DNA from: an uncultured bacterium
GTDB lineage: Bacteria > Babelota > Babeliae > Babelales > Babelaceae
Direction of reading: 5' to 3'
DNA length: 64,000 nucleotides
Assembly (NCBI GenBank): GCA_963819815.1
Contig: CAWFXL010000001.1
Span: 1,376,001 to 1,440,000, forward strand
The notes beneath the pieces are model-generated. The model was not told the origin of the DNA. It saw only the letters and a program-made list of their open reading frames with translations, and searched no databases. This document shows, in pieces, positions 1 through 9,874 of the stretch; within the stretch, counting starts at the first letter, position 1; the number at the start of each line of letters is the position of its first letter. The translations under genes and the position numbers were made by a program.

Positions 1-265
1 CTCTCTTCATGAACGCTATTCCCTCATCTTCTCACCACAATCTGACTTTGTTGCAGCAACCGTAAATGAGGATTGGATAAGCCCGGGGATAAAACCGCGT
101 GCAGCAATACTATGGGATGTTACTTCAGGGAAAATTGTGCAAAAATGGGACCTGGGTTACCACATAGCCTTTTCGCCAAATGCACAGCTCTTCGCAGTTA
201 GTCTACTGTCTGCGCAAGAAAATGGCACTCAAACTTCTACCCTGCAACTCTACAAGCGCTCATAA
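1..265 (+). CDS. WD40-like repeat protein, C-terminal part (5' truncated by window)
   Basis: Frame 2 is open from the window edge: ...LIFSPQSDFVAA...AILWDVTSGKIVQKWDLGYHIAFSPNAQLFAVS...LQLYKRS*. It has FSP/WD motifs typical of beta-propellers. Not in the ORF track. Confidence 0.65.
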   Translation, partial: SLHERYSLIFSPQSDFVAATVNEDWISPGIKPRAAILWDVTSGKIVQKWDLGYHIAFSPNAQLFAVSLLSAQENGTQTSTLQLYKRS

Positions 266-374
266 GTAACTATTTTTTTGAGCCTTCAGAATTAATCAGT
301 GTTCGATGAAGATTCGTAGCCTCATCAATCAGTTGGCCCAACATCAAGTACTTTTTCACCCGGAGTATACAAAC

Positions 375-2822
375 TTAGAATTCCTGATTCATAGAGAAGT
401 GCACTTCAAAGAAGCTTTCTCCACGACGCTTATTACGATCGAGCTTAAATGCCCAATCAACGCGAATGGGAGCAGGGTTAAGTAGGCGTATCCCAAAGCC
501 AATACTATGACGATATCTAAAGGCATTATTGGTAAGGGCCCCTCTATTTGCAGGTAAGGCAAGAAGGTCTCTCTGGCATTTATTCAAAGGGGTATCCCAG
601 CCGGCACCGCCATCATAAAAGACTAAGCCGCGAATAGATTGATCCTGTGTTACCGAGAAGATAAGCTCAGCATTTACCCAGAAGGCTTTTTTCGCACCCA
701 CTGAACTTGAGTATACTTGTGGTCCAATTTGACCAAATTCAAAGCCACGAACCGATCCAGGTCCACCTACGTTGTACAGATCTCGATAGGGTATAATTCT
801 GTCACGTAGAGACTCTACGATCCCGGCATGCCCATGAAGAAGGAATACTAAATCATACTCACCAATGAGTGGTGTTAACCACGTAGCATCGAAATCTGTT
901 TTTGCATAGCCAAAGGTGCTATCTGAAGCAGGAACACCTACTCGTGAGACAAGGCTCCAGTTGTACCCTTTATTAGGAAATACCGGATGATTGCGGACAT
1001 CTTGGCCAAGTACCATATTGATAAAGCCAGAGGTCCCTGAAGCAAATCGTCGATCGATGAACGTCTGCATAAGTTCATTTTGAGCAGGTAGTCGCCCTAA
1101 TCCTTCTGCCTTGAGTCCCTGTTGGAATTTGATACGTTCAACCCCGCCCGCAATCGATGTAGATACATCAGGATAGCCAGGTATGAAAAAGAGAAGACTA
1201 AGGTTTCCGCCGGTAAGGTTCTCCTTAGGCGTTGAAGAGATATTAGTGAAATCTTCGTAAAAAGAGCTCCTGTGGTAAAACTCAATCCCACCACCAAGTG
1301 GCCGATTAAAGAGCCAAGGCTCAAATAAGCTGAGGGTAATCAAGCGGTCCTGCTTTGAAAATGTTCCTGATATATTAGCACGGACTCCGGTGCCAAACAG
1401 GTTACGATCACTTGCAGTGAAGCCAACGCGGATAGATGTTGAAGGAGACTGAGGATCTGCGCCTCCGTAACTTAACTGACCACTGAGGTTCCCTGTATTT
1501 ATTTCTTTAAGAACCAAATCAAGATCAACACAATCTTGTGATATTTTTTTGATTTTCCAATCGACGCCTCCTTGAGGATCAAAATAGCCAAGCTTTTCTA
1601 TACGATCTTTTGAAGCCTCCATGGCGGGAAGGCTTACCAGTTGTCCTTCAATGATCGTTAAATTACGCCGAATAACATAGTCACAGGCTTTTTTGTTTCC
1701 AATAATGTTAATGCGGTTCAGTGTGTAGGTTCTTCCCAAATCTGAGTTGAAGGTCATCTCAACAGTATTGTTTTCAAAATTAGGAATAATAACCGGCTCG
1801 ATATCAGCGTAAATGTATCCAAAGCGACCCCAGATAGTGCGAAGACGTTCCATCGATTCACGTATAAATTCTTTGGAATAGATCTGTCCTGCTGAAACAG
1901 GAAGAGCTGCAAGGAGTTGTGCTTCGGTAAGAATATCATTGCCGGGTGCCGACACTTTGGTAACTGAGAAAATCGGTCCTTCTTCAACAAAGTAGGTTAC
2001 CGTAACGTCCTGGGTGGCTTCATCGATAATGACTTGAATATCGACTACTCGTGCTGCCAAGAAGCCGTTACTCTGGTAGTAGTTTTCGATAATGAATTTA
2101 TCGACGTCGAGCATGTCAGGTTTATAAGTACCAGCTTTATTCATAAAGCCAAAGAGCCATGCTTCTCGTGTGAATATCATTTTGCGTAAGATATGAGAGG
2201 GAACGCACTGGTTCCCTTCAAAAAATACACGCTTTACCTGAGCACGGGGACCATCACAAATCTTAAATATCGCGATATAGGTGCCACGCTCTGTGGGACG
2301 AAGCTCTGCAGATACGGCGGTTTTATGGTAATTCTTTTCTATATAGAGTGCTTTAATCTTATTGGCAAAGAGACTGAGCTCTTCCTCGTCCATAGCAGCT
2401 ACTTCAGAAAGTTTAAGCTCTTTTTCAATCTCTTCTGAAGTTACGGCAACGTTACCTTCAAAGAGGACACTCTCAACCTTCTTTTTTTCTTGAACAATGA
2501 CATAGAGAGTAAGTTCAGTGGGAGAAACCTCTTCGGTCTCAACGGTTACCTGATTAAAGAATTTTAAATCGTGGAGGTTCCGAATGATGTCACCCGTTTT
2601 TGATGGAATAAAGAGTTCGCCTTCACGAAAAGGTATGCGGGCACGGAGTGCTTCTTCGGGGACGAAATTGTTACCTGAAATAATGATCGATCGGATACGT
2701 TTGTGCTGGTCCTGCTGCATATCTCCTGATATACTCGTCTGCGATGATTGAGTATACACGGAGCGAAAACCAAAAAAGGAAATACAGGCAATGACGACGA
2801 TCTTATAGGAGACTTTACTCAT
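375..2822 (-). CDS. bamA: Outer membrane protein assembly factor BamA
   Basis: Signal peptide, tandem POTRA-like repeats, 'GGPGSVRGFEFGQIGP' (VRGF) motif, C-terminal Phe. Confidence 0.95.
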   Translation of the reverse strand: MSKVSYKIVVIACISFFGFRSVYTQSSQTSISGDMQQDQHKRIRSIIISGNNFVPEEALRARIPFREGELFIPSKTGDIIRNLHDLKFFNQVTVETEEVSPTELTLYVIVQEKKKVESVLFEGNVAVTSEEIEKELKLSEVAAMDEEELSLFANKIKALYIEKNYHKTAVSAELRPTERGTYIAIFKICDGPRAQVKRVFFEGNQCVPSHILRKMIFTREAWLFGFMNKAGTYKPDMLDVDKFIIENYYQSNGFLAARVVDIQVIIDEATQDVTVTYFVEEGPIFSVTKVSAPGNDILTEAQLLAALPVSAGQIYSKEFIRESMERLRTIWGRFGYIYADIEPVIIPNFENNTVEMTFNSDLGRTYTLNRINIIGNKKACDYVIRRNLTIIEGQLVSLPAMEASKDRIEKLGYFDPQGGVDWKIKKISQDCVDLDLVLKEINTGNLSGQLSYGGADPQSPSTSIRVGFTASDRNLFGTGVRANISGTFSKQDRLITLSLFEPWLFNRPLGGGIEFYHRSSFYEDFTNISSTPKENLTGGNLSLLFFIPGYPDVSTSIAGGVERIKFQQGLKAEGLGRLPAQNELMQTFIDRRFASGTSGFINMVLGQDVRNHPVFPNKGYNWSLVSRVGVPASDSTFGYAKTDFDATWLTPLIGEYDLVFLLHGHAGIVESLRDRIIPYRDLYNVGGPGSVRGFEFGQIGPQVYSSSVGAKKAFWVNAELIFSVTQDQSIRGLVFYDGGAGWDTPLNKCQRDLLALPANRGALTNNAFRYRHSIGFGIRLLNPAPIRVDWAFKLDRNKRRGESFFEVHFSMNQEF

Positions 2823-2917
2823 TCTTATTTTCCGAGGTCAAAACTGTTGACGTTTGGCGATTAGTATTTCTATACTACTATTTTTAGGAATTTTTGCTAG
2901 GTTCAATAGGAAAAACG

Positions 2918-4264
2918 ATGCTAAAACAACCTATTTTTTCCATAACACTCTACAATACCCTAGGAAGAAGGCAACAGCCTCTTGGTAATTCTGACCAAAT
3001 AACGATGTATGTGTGCGGGATCACTCCCTATGATTATGCGCACCTTGGACATGGCCGGTGTTACGTTACCTTCGACCTTCTTTACCGCCTACTGATCTTT
3101 CTTGGGTATAGAGTCACCTATTGTAGAAACTTTACCGATATAGATGATAAGCTGCTTAACCGTGCTGATAAAGAGCTTAATGATCCGAGTGCCTACCTAA
3201 TTTTAGCGAATAAGTATATTGCGAGCTTTCATGAAGATATGGAAAAGCTTGCTTGCAAAGCTCCTGACTTTGAACCTCGGGTAACAACGCATATTGTGCC
3301 GATTATTTCATTCATTGAAGGTCTTATTGCTAAAGAAAAGGCCTATGCCACTGAAGTCGGAGATGTGTACTTTCGGATTTCCGCGTTTGAAGGCTATGGA
3401 AAGCTGTCTCAGCGGACAAAAGATGAGCTAAAAGCGGGAGCTCGAGTTGCCGTTCGAGCCGACAAAGAAGATCCTCTTGATTTTGCGCTCTGGAAATCTT
3501 GCGATGAAGGCCCTGGTTGGGAAAGTCCTTGGGGATTTGGAAGACCTGGATGGCATATTGAATGCTCTGCGATGTCGAGCGAATATTTGGGCGAAACTAT
3601 AGATATCCATGGTGGTGGCATGGATCTCATTTTCCCGCATCATGAAAATGAAATTGCACAATCTGAAGGTCTTCACAACAAGCCCTTTGCCCGTTTCTGG
3701 GTGCATAATGCATTTGTGCGAGTTAATGAAGAAAAGATGTCTAAGTCCTTAGGTAATTTTCTTACGTTGAGAGATGCGTACACGACCTTTAGCCCTATGG
3801 TATTGCGCTATTATTACCTTATTCACCATTACCGCAATCCCCTTGATTTCAGTCCTGAAGATATCGAGTCAGCTCGTAAAAGCTATCAAAAGCTCTGTAT
3901 TGCCCTTGAAAACATCGATCCTGCATCTGAAAATGAGATTCGTGCAACAAGTGATCACCTTATAAAGGACGTTCTCACTGCACTGTGCGATGATCTTAAT
4001 GTGGCAAAAGCTATGGGACGTATTTTTGAGTCGATCAAAGATATGGGACCAAATGAATTAGCCTTATTGAAGGGCCTTCTTATGCATATCCTAGGACTTA
4101 CCCTAGAGCCAGAGAAAAAAGAAACGGTGGTAATTACTCAAGAAATTGAAGAATTGCTTCAAGCTCGCCTGGAAGCACGTAATCGGAAAGATTGGGCAGC
4201 TGCAGACCAGCTAAGAGCACGGCTGCAGGAGCTTGGATATGACATTCAGGACAAGAAAAGTTAG
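2918..4264 (+). CDS. cysS: Cysteine--tRNA ligase
   Basis: MYVCGITPYDYAHLGH, GRPGWHIECSAM, DIHGGGMDLIFPHHENE and KMSKS motifs. ATG at 2918 has an upstream AGGA. Confidence 0.97.
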   Translation: MLKQPIFSITLYNTLGRRQQPLGNSDQITMYVCGITPYDYAHLGHGRCYVTFDLLYRLLIFLGYRVTYCRNFTDIDDKLLNRADKELNDPSAYLILANKYIASFHEDMEKLACKAPDFEPRVTTHIVPIISFIEGLIAKEKAYATEVGDVYFRISAFEGYGKLSQRTKDELKAGARVAVRADKEDPLDFALWKSCDEGPGWESPWGFGRPGWHIECSAMSSEYLGETIDIHGGGMDLIFPHHENEIAQSEGLHNKPFARFWVHNAFVRVNEEKMSKSLGNFLTLRDAYTTFSPMVLRYYYLIHHYRNPLDFSPEDIESARKSYQKLCIALENIDPASENEIRATSDHLIKDVLTALCDDLNVAKAMGRIFESIKDMGPNELALLKGLLMHILGLTLEPEKKETVVITQEIEELLQARLEARNRKDWAAADQLRARLQELGYDIQDKKS

Positions 4265-4288
4265 GGGTGCAATTTCTTACACCCCTAA
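4261..4288. terminator. Hairpin between convergent cysS and a small peptide gene
   Basis: TTAGGGGTG ... CACCCCTAA, 9-bp stem. Confidence 0.6.
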
Positions 4289-4292
4289 ACTC

Positions 4293-4403
4293 TTATCTAT
4301 TTTGAGTCGTGGTCTTGTTCGCATTTCTTGCATTGCATGGGCATGCTAACAATTGCGCACCAGTTGTGATAGCAACTAAGGCTATCAATAAAAATTTCTT
4401 CAT
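4293..4403 (-). CDS. Small secreted peptide (36 aa)
   Basis: MKKFLLIALVAITTGAQLLACPCNARNANKTTTQNR*. AAAGGA RBS upstream, signal-peptide-like N-terminus, hairpin just downstream. Below the ORF-track cutoff. Confidence 0.65.
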   Translation of the reverse strand: MKKFLLIALVAITTGAQLLACPCNARNANKTTTQNR

Positions 4404-4647
4404 GAGAAGTCCTTTCTTTGAAGAGGTTTATATATGTTCATACTTTTATTCTATCCAAAACCGACAAATAGAGTCAATGGTTTTTTACATTTATTTTCCC
4501 ATTGGAAAATAAAGCGAGGGGGGAAAACACAATAATCCCGCTTAGAATCGTACAAAAGAGAGCTCGTGGTTGCTTTAGGATCGCAATGCCTTGCTTTTGG
4601 GGAGGCGGGAGTAGGGGTAAGTCGGATAGGGGTATGATGTGGGAGCG

Positions 4648-4983
4648 TTAGTCAAGGTGGCTTGTTATTTTCTCTTTGAGCTGTTCCTTTGACATATAGC
4701 CAACTTCTTGGCCTACTAATTCTCCATTCTTCAAAAAGAGAAAGGTAGGCACTGACATTATGCCAAATTCTACTGCGATGTCACGAGCCTCATCGATATT
4801 AAGTTTGCCAAAGGTATATTTTGAGCCGAGCTCCTGTGCCAATTCTTCATAGGAAGGCTCCATATGTTGGCAAGGGCCGCACCAGGTTGCAAAGACATCG
4901 ATGACCACAGGTTTTTTTGAATTTTTTACTTCGGCATCGAAATTGTGACGGCTAATACTTATTATCATGAGGGTCTCCATCAA
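4648..4983 (-). CDS. trxA: Thioredoxin
   Basis: WCGPC active site, ~110 aa. Confidence 0.95.
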   Translation of the reverse strand: MMETLMIISISRHNFDAEVKNSKKPVVIDVFATWCGPCQHMEPSYEELAQELGSKYTFGKLNIDEARDIAVEFGIMSVPTFLFLKNGELVGQEVGYMSKEQLKEKITSHLD

Positions 4984-5228
4984 GGGGTCTTTTACTTTAA
5001 GTATACCGAGCGAAGGCTTAAAAAGCTATGGTCCCCACGCTGAAATTGTATATCGTTGCTCTAACGGGTTTATTAGTCAAGAAGTTGCGAGTATCTTATG
5101 TAGGCAGCCTGGGCGATACAAATATGCCTTGATAACTTCATACTCTACAAAGCAATCAGCCCTGCTTGACAATGAGTGCTGGAGGTCTAGACTGTAAGTA
5201 GTGTCTCTATCGATTCATGGAGGATGTC

Positions 5229-6365
5229 ATGAACCAATCTATTCCTAGGAACAAAATATTCCTTCTTCGATTTACAAAATATCAGTTCAGGAGATATGTT
5301 GTATCATTTTGTATGGGTCTTTTCTGTTGGCCACTACTAGAGGCAACAACGGTTGAGGGTGATCACCTTGTTATTGATGATAAGCACGTGTATCTTTTTG
5401 GAGACCACCACACACATACCCCTTTGTTTGGGGGGGATTATCGCAAGACAGGGATCTTTCCTGTTGTAGAGCAACAGGTCGATGACTTTGTTGATGTTCT
5501 TGAAGAGACAGCTTCTCTTCGTAGTGAGCCGTTGCATGTCTTATGGGAAAAAGCTTCATACTATAGTAGGTCAGCTACAAAACACAAAGATATGATGGAT
5601 AATGTGGACGTAGAAGTTGCAAAAAGGAACCTAAATGTGGTCTTTGAAGATGCAGAGATTCGCAAGGTTGGCAACTCTGCCAAGCATATTCTTGGTGCTG
5701 ACATGCCTATTAATTATTTGGAGGATGACTGGCGCTCGGTACGTTACTATGAGGAGGCTCCGCCCTTAAGTGAACTTACTTTTAACCAACTGATCGATGC
5801 ATATGAGGCTTGCAAATCAGCACTAAGCGAATTCCGCAAAACTCACGGGAATGATGATTTTTTGGGAATGTTTGATGCTGAACTCATATTCGCATCAACT
5901 GCCTGCGAAAGGTTTAAACAACTTTTAGCCGAAAATTCGATCTCACCTGACACAAATCTCTCTGAGTTTGCTGTCGGGTGCCTGAAACAACGCAGTAAAT
6001 TGCATAATGAGCTTGCAGAATATTGTAAAGAGATGTTTGGACGCTTGTATAGCGCCTATTTTTGCCAACGAATCTTCGAGTATAAGGGGAAACATGTTGC
6101 CATTATCGCTGGGTCAGGACATCTTAAGGCGGTAAGGAATATGTTATGGCATCGAGGAGCAAAAATAAAAGTCCACTACCCGGATGTCAGTGTGGGTCGG
6201 GATTATAAATCTTTGCGACTTCTTACGAAAGCTCAGCTTCGAGCTATTCTTAAGGGCGTATCTTTTTGTTATACCATTAGTGCCTTCAAGGAGAATATGA
6301 TACTCTGTTGGTATATTGCTCTTACTATTCTAAATGCTGCCTGTCTGCAGATGGATCATGGCTGA
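5229..6365 (+). CDS. Hypothetical exported protein, possible Tiki/TraB/EreA/ChaN-like fold
   Basis: N-terminal hydrophobic stretch; motifs YLFGDHH, VLWE and AIIAGSGH; GGAGGA RBS before ATG 5229. Confidence 0.45.
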   Translation: MNQSIPRNKIFLLRFTKYQFRRYVVSFCMGLFCWPLLEATTVEGDHLVIDDKHVYLFGDHHTHTPLFGGDYRKTGIFPVVEQQVDDFVDVLEETASLRSEPLHVLWEKASYYSRSATKHKDMMDNVDVEVAKRNLNVVFEDAEIRKVGNSAKHILGADMPINYLEDDWRSVRYYEEAPPLSELTFNQLIDAYEACKSALSEFRKTHGNDDFLGMFDAELIFASTACERFKQLLAENSISPDTNLSEFAVGCLKQRSKLHNELAEYCKEMFGRLYSAYFCQRIFEYKGKHVAIIAGSGHLKAVRNMLWHRGAKIKVHYPDVSVGRDYKSLRLLTKAQLRAILKGVSFCYTISAFKENMILCWYIALTILNAACLQMDHG

Positions 6366-6431
6366 TACTTCATTTCTTAATCTCTCTGAACTTTGGGTTC
6401 TGAAGGAAGAGTGGCAAATAAAGCCCAATTC

Positions 6432-6461
6432 TTGACATAAATAAAAATTTTTTTATATAAT
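6432..6461 (+). promoter_or_regulatory. Sigma70-like promoter
   Basis: TTGACA-N18-TATAAT upstream of ORF 6501. Confidence 0.55.
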
Positions 6462-6500
6462 TAAATACAAATAGTATAAATGTAGAGCCCGGGAGGCACA

Positions 6501-7373
6501 ATGAATATGTACCGAATTTCTGCTTTTCTTATGATGATAGGTTTTGGAAGTGTTGTTTCACCGAGTGCGATAGAAAGACCGACGAAGTTTAACATATTTG
6601 TTGTCAATAATGTTCGTATATTAAAGGAGTATGTTAGTGTACCTCTGAAGGTTACATATCTGACACCTTCAAATCAACCAGTAACTTCAATTGTTGGTCC
6701 TATGGAAATGCGATTTATAGGGACCGGAGAACTATTGCAATTACCAACGGTATTTACTATTTCTGGCTATGGCGGTATTAAAGGCTATAGTGTTAAGGAG
6801 GCACATTTATTGAATGAAGCGCTTTACAAGGAGTGGCAAAAAATACAGAGCGAGCCCAAGGGATTAAAGAAGACTCATCTCGACCCGTTAGTGATAACAG
6901 TTACTGCTGGGGATGGATTTCCTCCTGAATTAAAATTTGAATATTCACATCTCCCTCCCCGTGAATTAGAGGAAAACTTTTTAAAGATAATTGAAACACG
7001 AGAGCCACTTGCTGCCTTTGGCCGTATACGTTACTACGGTTTATTAAATGACTTACAAGGGGAGACGCTGGACAAGCTTTCAGGTCTCACGAGTGGGCAA
7101 CTTAATGATCCACTTGTGCCCGCGCGTATGTTACAGGGGGAGATATATGCTACGACGGGAGAAGATGTCTTTAGGTACATTTTAGGCCTTGATAAAAATT
7201 ATACGAAAGATGATGTAGAAAGGGCCTACAAGGATCTTTCATCACAATGGGATCCACGGATATTTGCAGATAATCTTCCGCAGAGGGAGTTCGCTAAAAA
7301 TGTCATTACCTGGGTAAAAAAAGCGCATGATGTCTTATTGGAGGCTCTACAAAGCAAAGAGCGTAATGCCTGA
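6501..7373 (+). CDS. Secreted protein with C-terminal degenerate DnaJ (J-like) domain
   Basis: Signal peptide. C-terminal YILGLDKNYTKDDVERAYKDLSSQWDPR...VKKAHDVL follows the J-domain pattern but lacks HPD. Confidence 0.65.
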   Translation: MNMYRISAFLMMIGFGSVVSPSAIERPTKFNIFVVNNVRILKEYVSVPLKVTYLTPSNQPVTSIVGPMEMRFIGTGELLQLPTVFTISGYGGIKGYSVKEAHLLNEALYKEWQKIQSEPKGLKKTHLDPLVITVTAGDGFPPELKFEYSHLPPRELEENFLKIIETREPLAAFGRIRYYGLLNDLQGETLDKLSGLTSGQLNDPLVPARMLQGEIYATTGEDVFRYILGLDKNYTKDDVERAYKDLSSQWDPRIFADNLPQREFAKNVITWVKKAHDVLLEALQSKERNA

Positions 7374-7411
7374 TTTGTACGTCGTTACATAGATTTTCAC
7401 TAGCCATTAAT

Positions 7412-7440
7412 AAAAAAGGTCCCTCATCAGGACCTTTTTT
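7412..7440. terminator. Bidirectional intrinsic terminator
   Basis: AAAAAAGGTCC-N7-GGACCTTTTTT. Confidence 0.75.
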
Positions 7441-7569
7441 GATGCACTAAAAGTTACGTATCAGCACTTACGGATATCGATAACTTTTGGGCAAAACTCT
7501 TGCGATTTTCTGAGCTGCTTGACTACACTAAGAGCAACTTACAAGTATGAAAGCAAGAGGGAGTTTAGC

Positions 7570-9213
7570 ATGAAGTGCATTCGCTACATGAGTATTGTGT
7601 TCTTACTCATCGGTTTTTTTCCTGTTCAGGGAGATTCGAAGATTCCTTCTTTGTCTGAGGAAAGTGATGATCTTAAAATTGATGAAGAATCAGATGTTGA
7701 TATTAACCGTAAAACACAAGAATCTAAACAGTTAGTGCTTAACGGGGTCAAGCACTTTATGAAGGAGTCCGTTTCGGTTGCCTGCAATGATTTTGTGCAC
7801 AATACGGTTTGGCGAAAAGGAGAGCTCTTTGTCTTCGTATTCAAAGAATCAGGGACCTGTCTTGCCTATGGTGATGATTATGATCTTATCTGGCAGAACA
7901 TCAAAGAGAAAAAGGGCATAGGTGGGCAGCCGCTTATTAATGACATGATGCATATAGGACGAGAGGGCGGTCGAATTAGTTTTCTATGGAACAATGGATA
8001 CCAAACAGCCTATGTCAAAACAGTTTTGAAAGATGGTCAAAAATATGTCCTCGGTTCAGGATTCTTCCCAGAAAATGATGAATTTACCACCAAGCAGTTA
8101 GTAAAGACCGCGGTAGCTTATTTTGACCAGAATGGACGTGAATCTACTTTTGCTTTGATTAGTAACCCCAATGGCCCCTTTGTGAAGGGCGACATCTATA
8201 TGTTTGCATATGATTTTAATGGACAGGTGGTTGCTCATGGTCAGAATGCTGCACTAGTTGGACAGAATCTTATCGATCTTCAGGACTCTCGTGGTAAACC
8301 ACTCATCAAAGAGCTGATAGAGGTTGCAAAAACCAAGGGAAAAGGTTGGGTAGAATATTATTGGCGCAATGAATTTAAACGTTCATATGTTGAAAAGGTG
8401 ATCGATCCTAAAACAAAAACAGAATATCTTATTGCTGGAGGATATCATCCAAATATCACTCTGGGTACGGTAAAAAACTATGTTGAACGCGCTATACATT
8501 ATTTGAAAGCGAATGGGTCAAAGCAGGCCTTTTCAGAATTTTCAAATGTGGTGGGTGAGTTTGCACAAGGGGCGCTTGGCATCTTTGTTTTTGATCTTGA
8601 GGGTAAATGCCTTGCCAATGGAGAGAACCCTTCATTTGTTGGCCAAAATCTTTTAAAACTGAGAAGCTCTGACGGACGATATTTTGTGAGGGATATGATT
8701 GAACTTGCTCAAAAGAAAAAGCGAGCATTAATATCCTATGTAAATCGTAATGCTAATGCTGTAGCATATGTAGAGTTTGTAGAAACACCCGATGGAAAGT
8801 TTGTTGTAGGTGCAGAGTTTTTCCCCTCTTCAAAAACAGCATCAACCCAGACACTTGTCAGCAGGGCGGTTGAACTTGTGAACCAATCAGATATTGATAT
8901 TGCCCTTGGACTTTTGAGTGAGCCGGGAAGTGATTATGTCCGAGGTGATCTTTCAATCTTTGTTTACGATGCAGAAGGTACCCGATTGGTCAATGGTACT
9001 AATAAGTCTCAGCTCTGGAAAAATTTGCTGAATGCTACTGACCAACAGGGAAAAATGATAGTAAATGACATCATTACGATTGCGGTTAATGGAGGTGGTT
9101 GGGCTGAGTATCAGACACGAAATGCTCAACGCAAGGTATACGTAAAATCGGTACCGAAAAAGATGGGTGATAAGTTTAAAAACTATATTGTGGGCAGTGG
9201 TTACTTCTTATAG
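7570..9213 (+). CDS. Exported protein with four tandem single-Cache (sCache_2-like) domains
   Basis: Four repeats of 'A...F......F..GD.Y.F..D..G...AHG......G.N.....D..G......I......GW..Y'. Signal peptide; no second TM or output domain. Confidence 0.8.
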   Translation: MKCIRYMSIVFLLIGFFPVQGDSKIPSLSEESDDLKIDEESDVDINRKTQESKQLVLNGVKHFMKESVSVACNDFVHNTVWRKGELFVFVFKESGTCLAYGDDYDLIWQNIKEKKGIGGQPLINDMMHIGREGGRISFLWNNGYQTAYVKTVLKDGQKYVLGSGFFPENDEFTTKQLVKTAVAYFDQNGRESTFALISNPNGPFVKGDIYMFAYDFNGQVVAHGQNAALVGQNLIDLQDSRGKPLIKELIEVAKTKGKGWVEYYWRNEFKRSYVEKVIDPKTKTEYLIAGGYHPNITLGTVKNYVERAIHYLKANGSKQAFSEFSNVVGEFAQGALGIFVFDLEGKCLANGENPSFVGQNLLKLRSSDGRYFVRDMIELAQKKKRALISYVNRNANAVAYVEFVETPDGKFVVGAEFFPSSKTASTQTLVSRAVELVNQSDIDIALGLLSEPGSDYVRGDLSIFVYDAEGTRLVNGTNKSQLWKNLLNATDQQGKMIVNDIITIAVNGGGWAEYQTRNAQRKVYVKSVPKKMGDKFKNYIVGSGYFL

Positions 9214-9216
9214 AGC

Positions 9217-9873
9217 TTAAAAGATTTTTGATGAGAGGTAGGTCTTAAAAAGTACAGCCCAGGCTGCATCAAGCAAGAATAGAGTTCCATACACAATGAG
9301 AAGTGAGCCTGATATGAGGTTTATAATTCTATACATTGCTGGAGTTACTTTAGTCCTAAAATAGGCAATGGTCGCGCTTATAAGTAAGAACCAGATGAAA
9401 GATCCAAGAGTTATTCCAAGAGCAACATTGATGGCTTCGCTCGTGTTATAAAATCTTTCAAATTCAAATGCGCTGAATGCGGCAACAAATGAAAGAATGG
9501 TCATCGGATTGGTAAGCGTAATAATCATCGTTTGAAGAAGAGTAGTGAGTCCACGGGCCTTGATGGGAATCTCGATCGTTTTTTCTTGAGGAGGTAAGGG
9601 AACGCTAAGTCCCTTAATCCCAAATACAATAAGAATAATACCACCTGCCACAAAAAGATATTCTCGATGGGCAAGTACAAATGAGCTAAATGCGCTGAGC
9701 CCAAGAGCTGCAATAAGAGCATAAAAGCCATCTCCAAGAGCTATGCCAAGGGCAGTGATGGCACCAGCTTTGAAGCCTTTTGTAAGACTTTGCCGAATGC
9801 AAAGAAGTGCAAGGGGCCCGACTGGGGCCGCCATAGCAAAACCTATAATGATACCTTTTATAAAATTAATCAT
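9217..9873 (-). CDS. LysE family translocator
   Basis: AAPVGP, GIALGDGFY and TLTNPMTI motifs; ~6 TM helices. Confidence 0.9.
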   Translation of the reverse strand: MINFIKGIIIGFAMAAPVGPLALLCIRQSLTKGFKAGAITALGIALGDGFYALIAALGLSAFSSFVLAHREYLFVAGGIILIVFGIKGLSVPLPPQEKTIEIPIKARGLTTLLQTMIITLTNPMTILSFVAAFSAFEFERFYNTSEAINVALGITLGSFIWFLLISATIAYFRTKVTPAMYRIINLISGSLLIVYGTLFLLDAAWAVLFKTYLSSKIF

Positions 9874-9874
9874 G

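Noticed and set aside
4309..4512. 67-aa + strand ORF
   Set aside because: It is the antisense shadow of the better-supported minus-strand peptide at 4293-4403.
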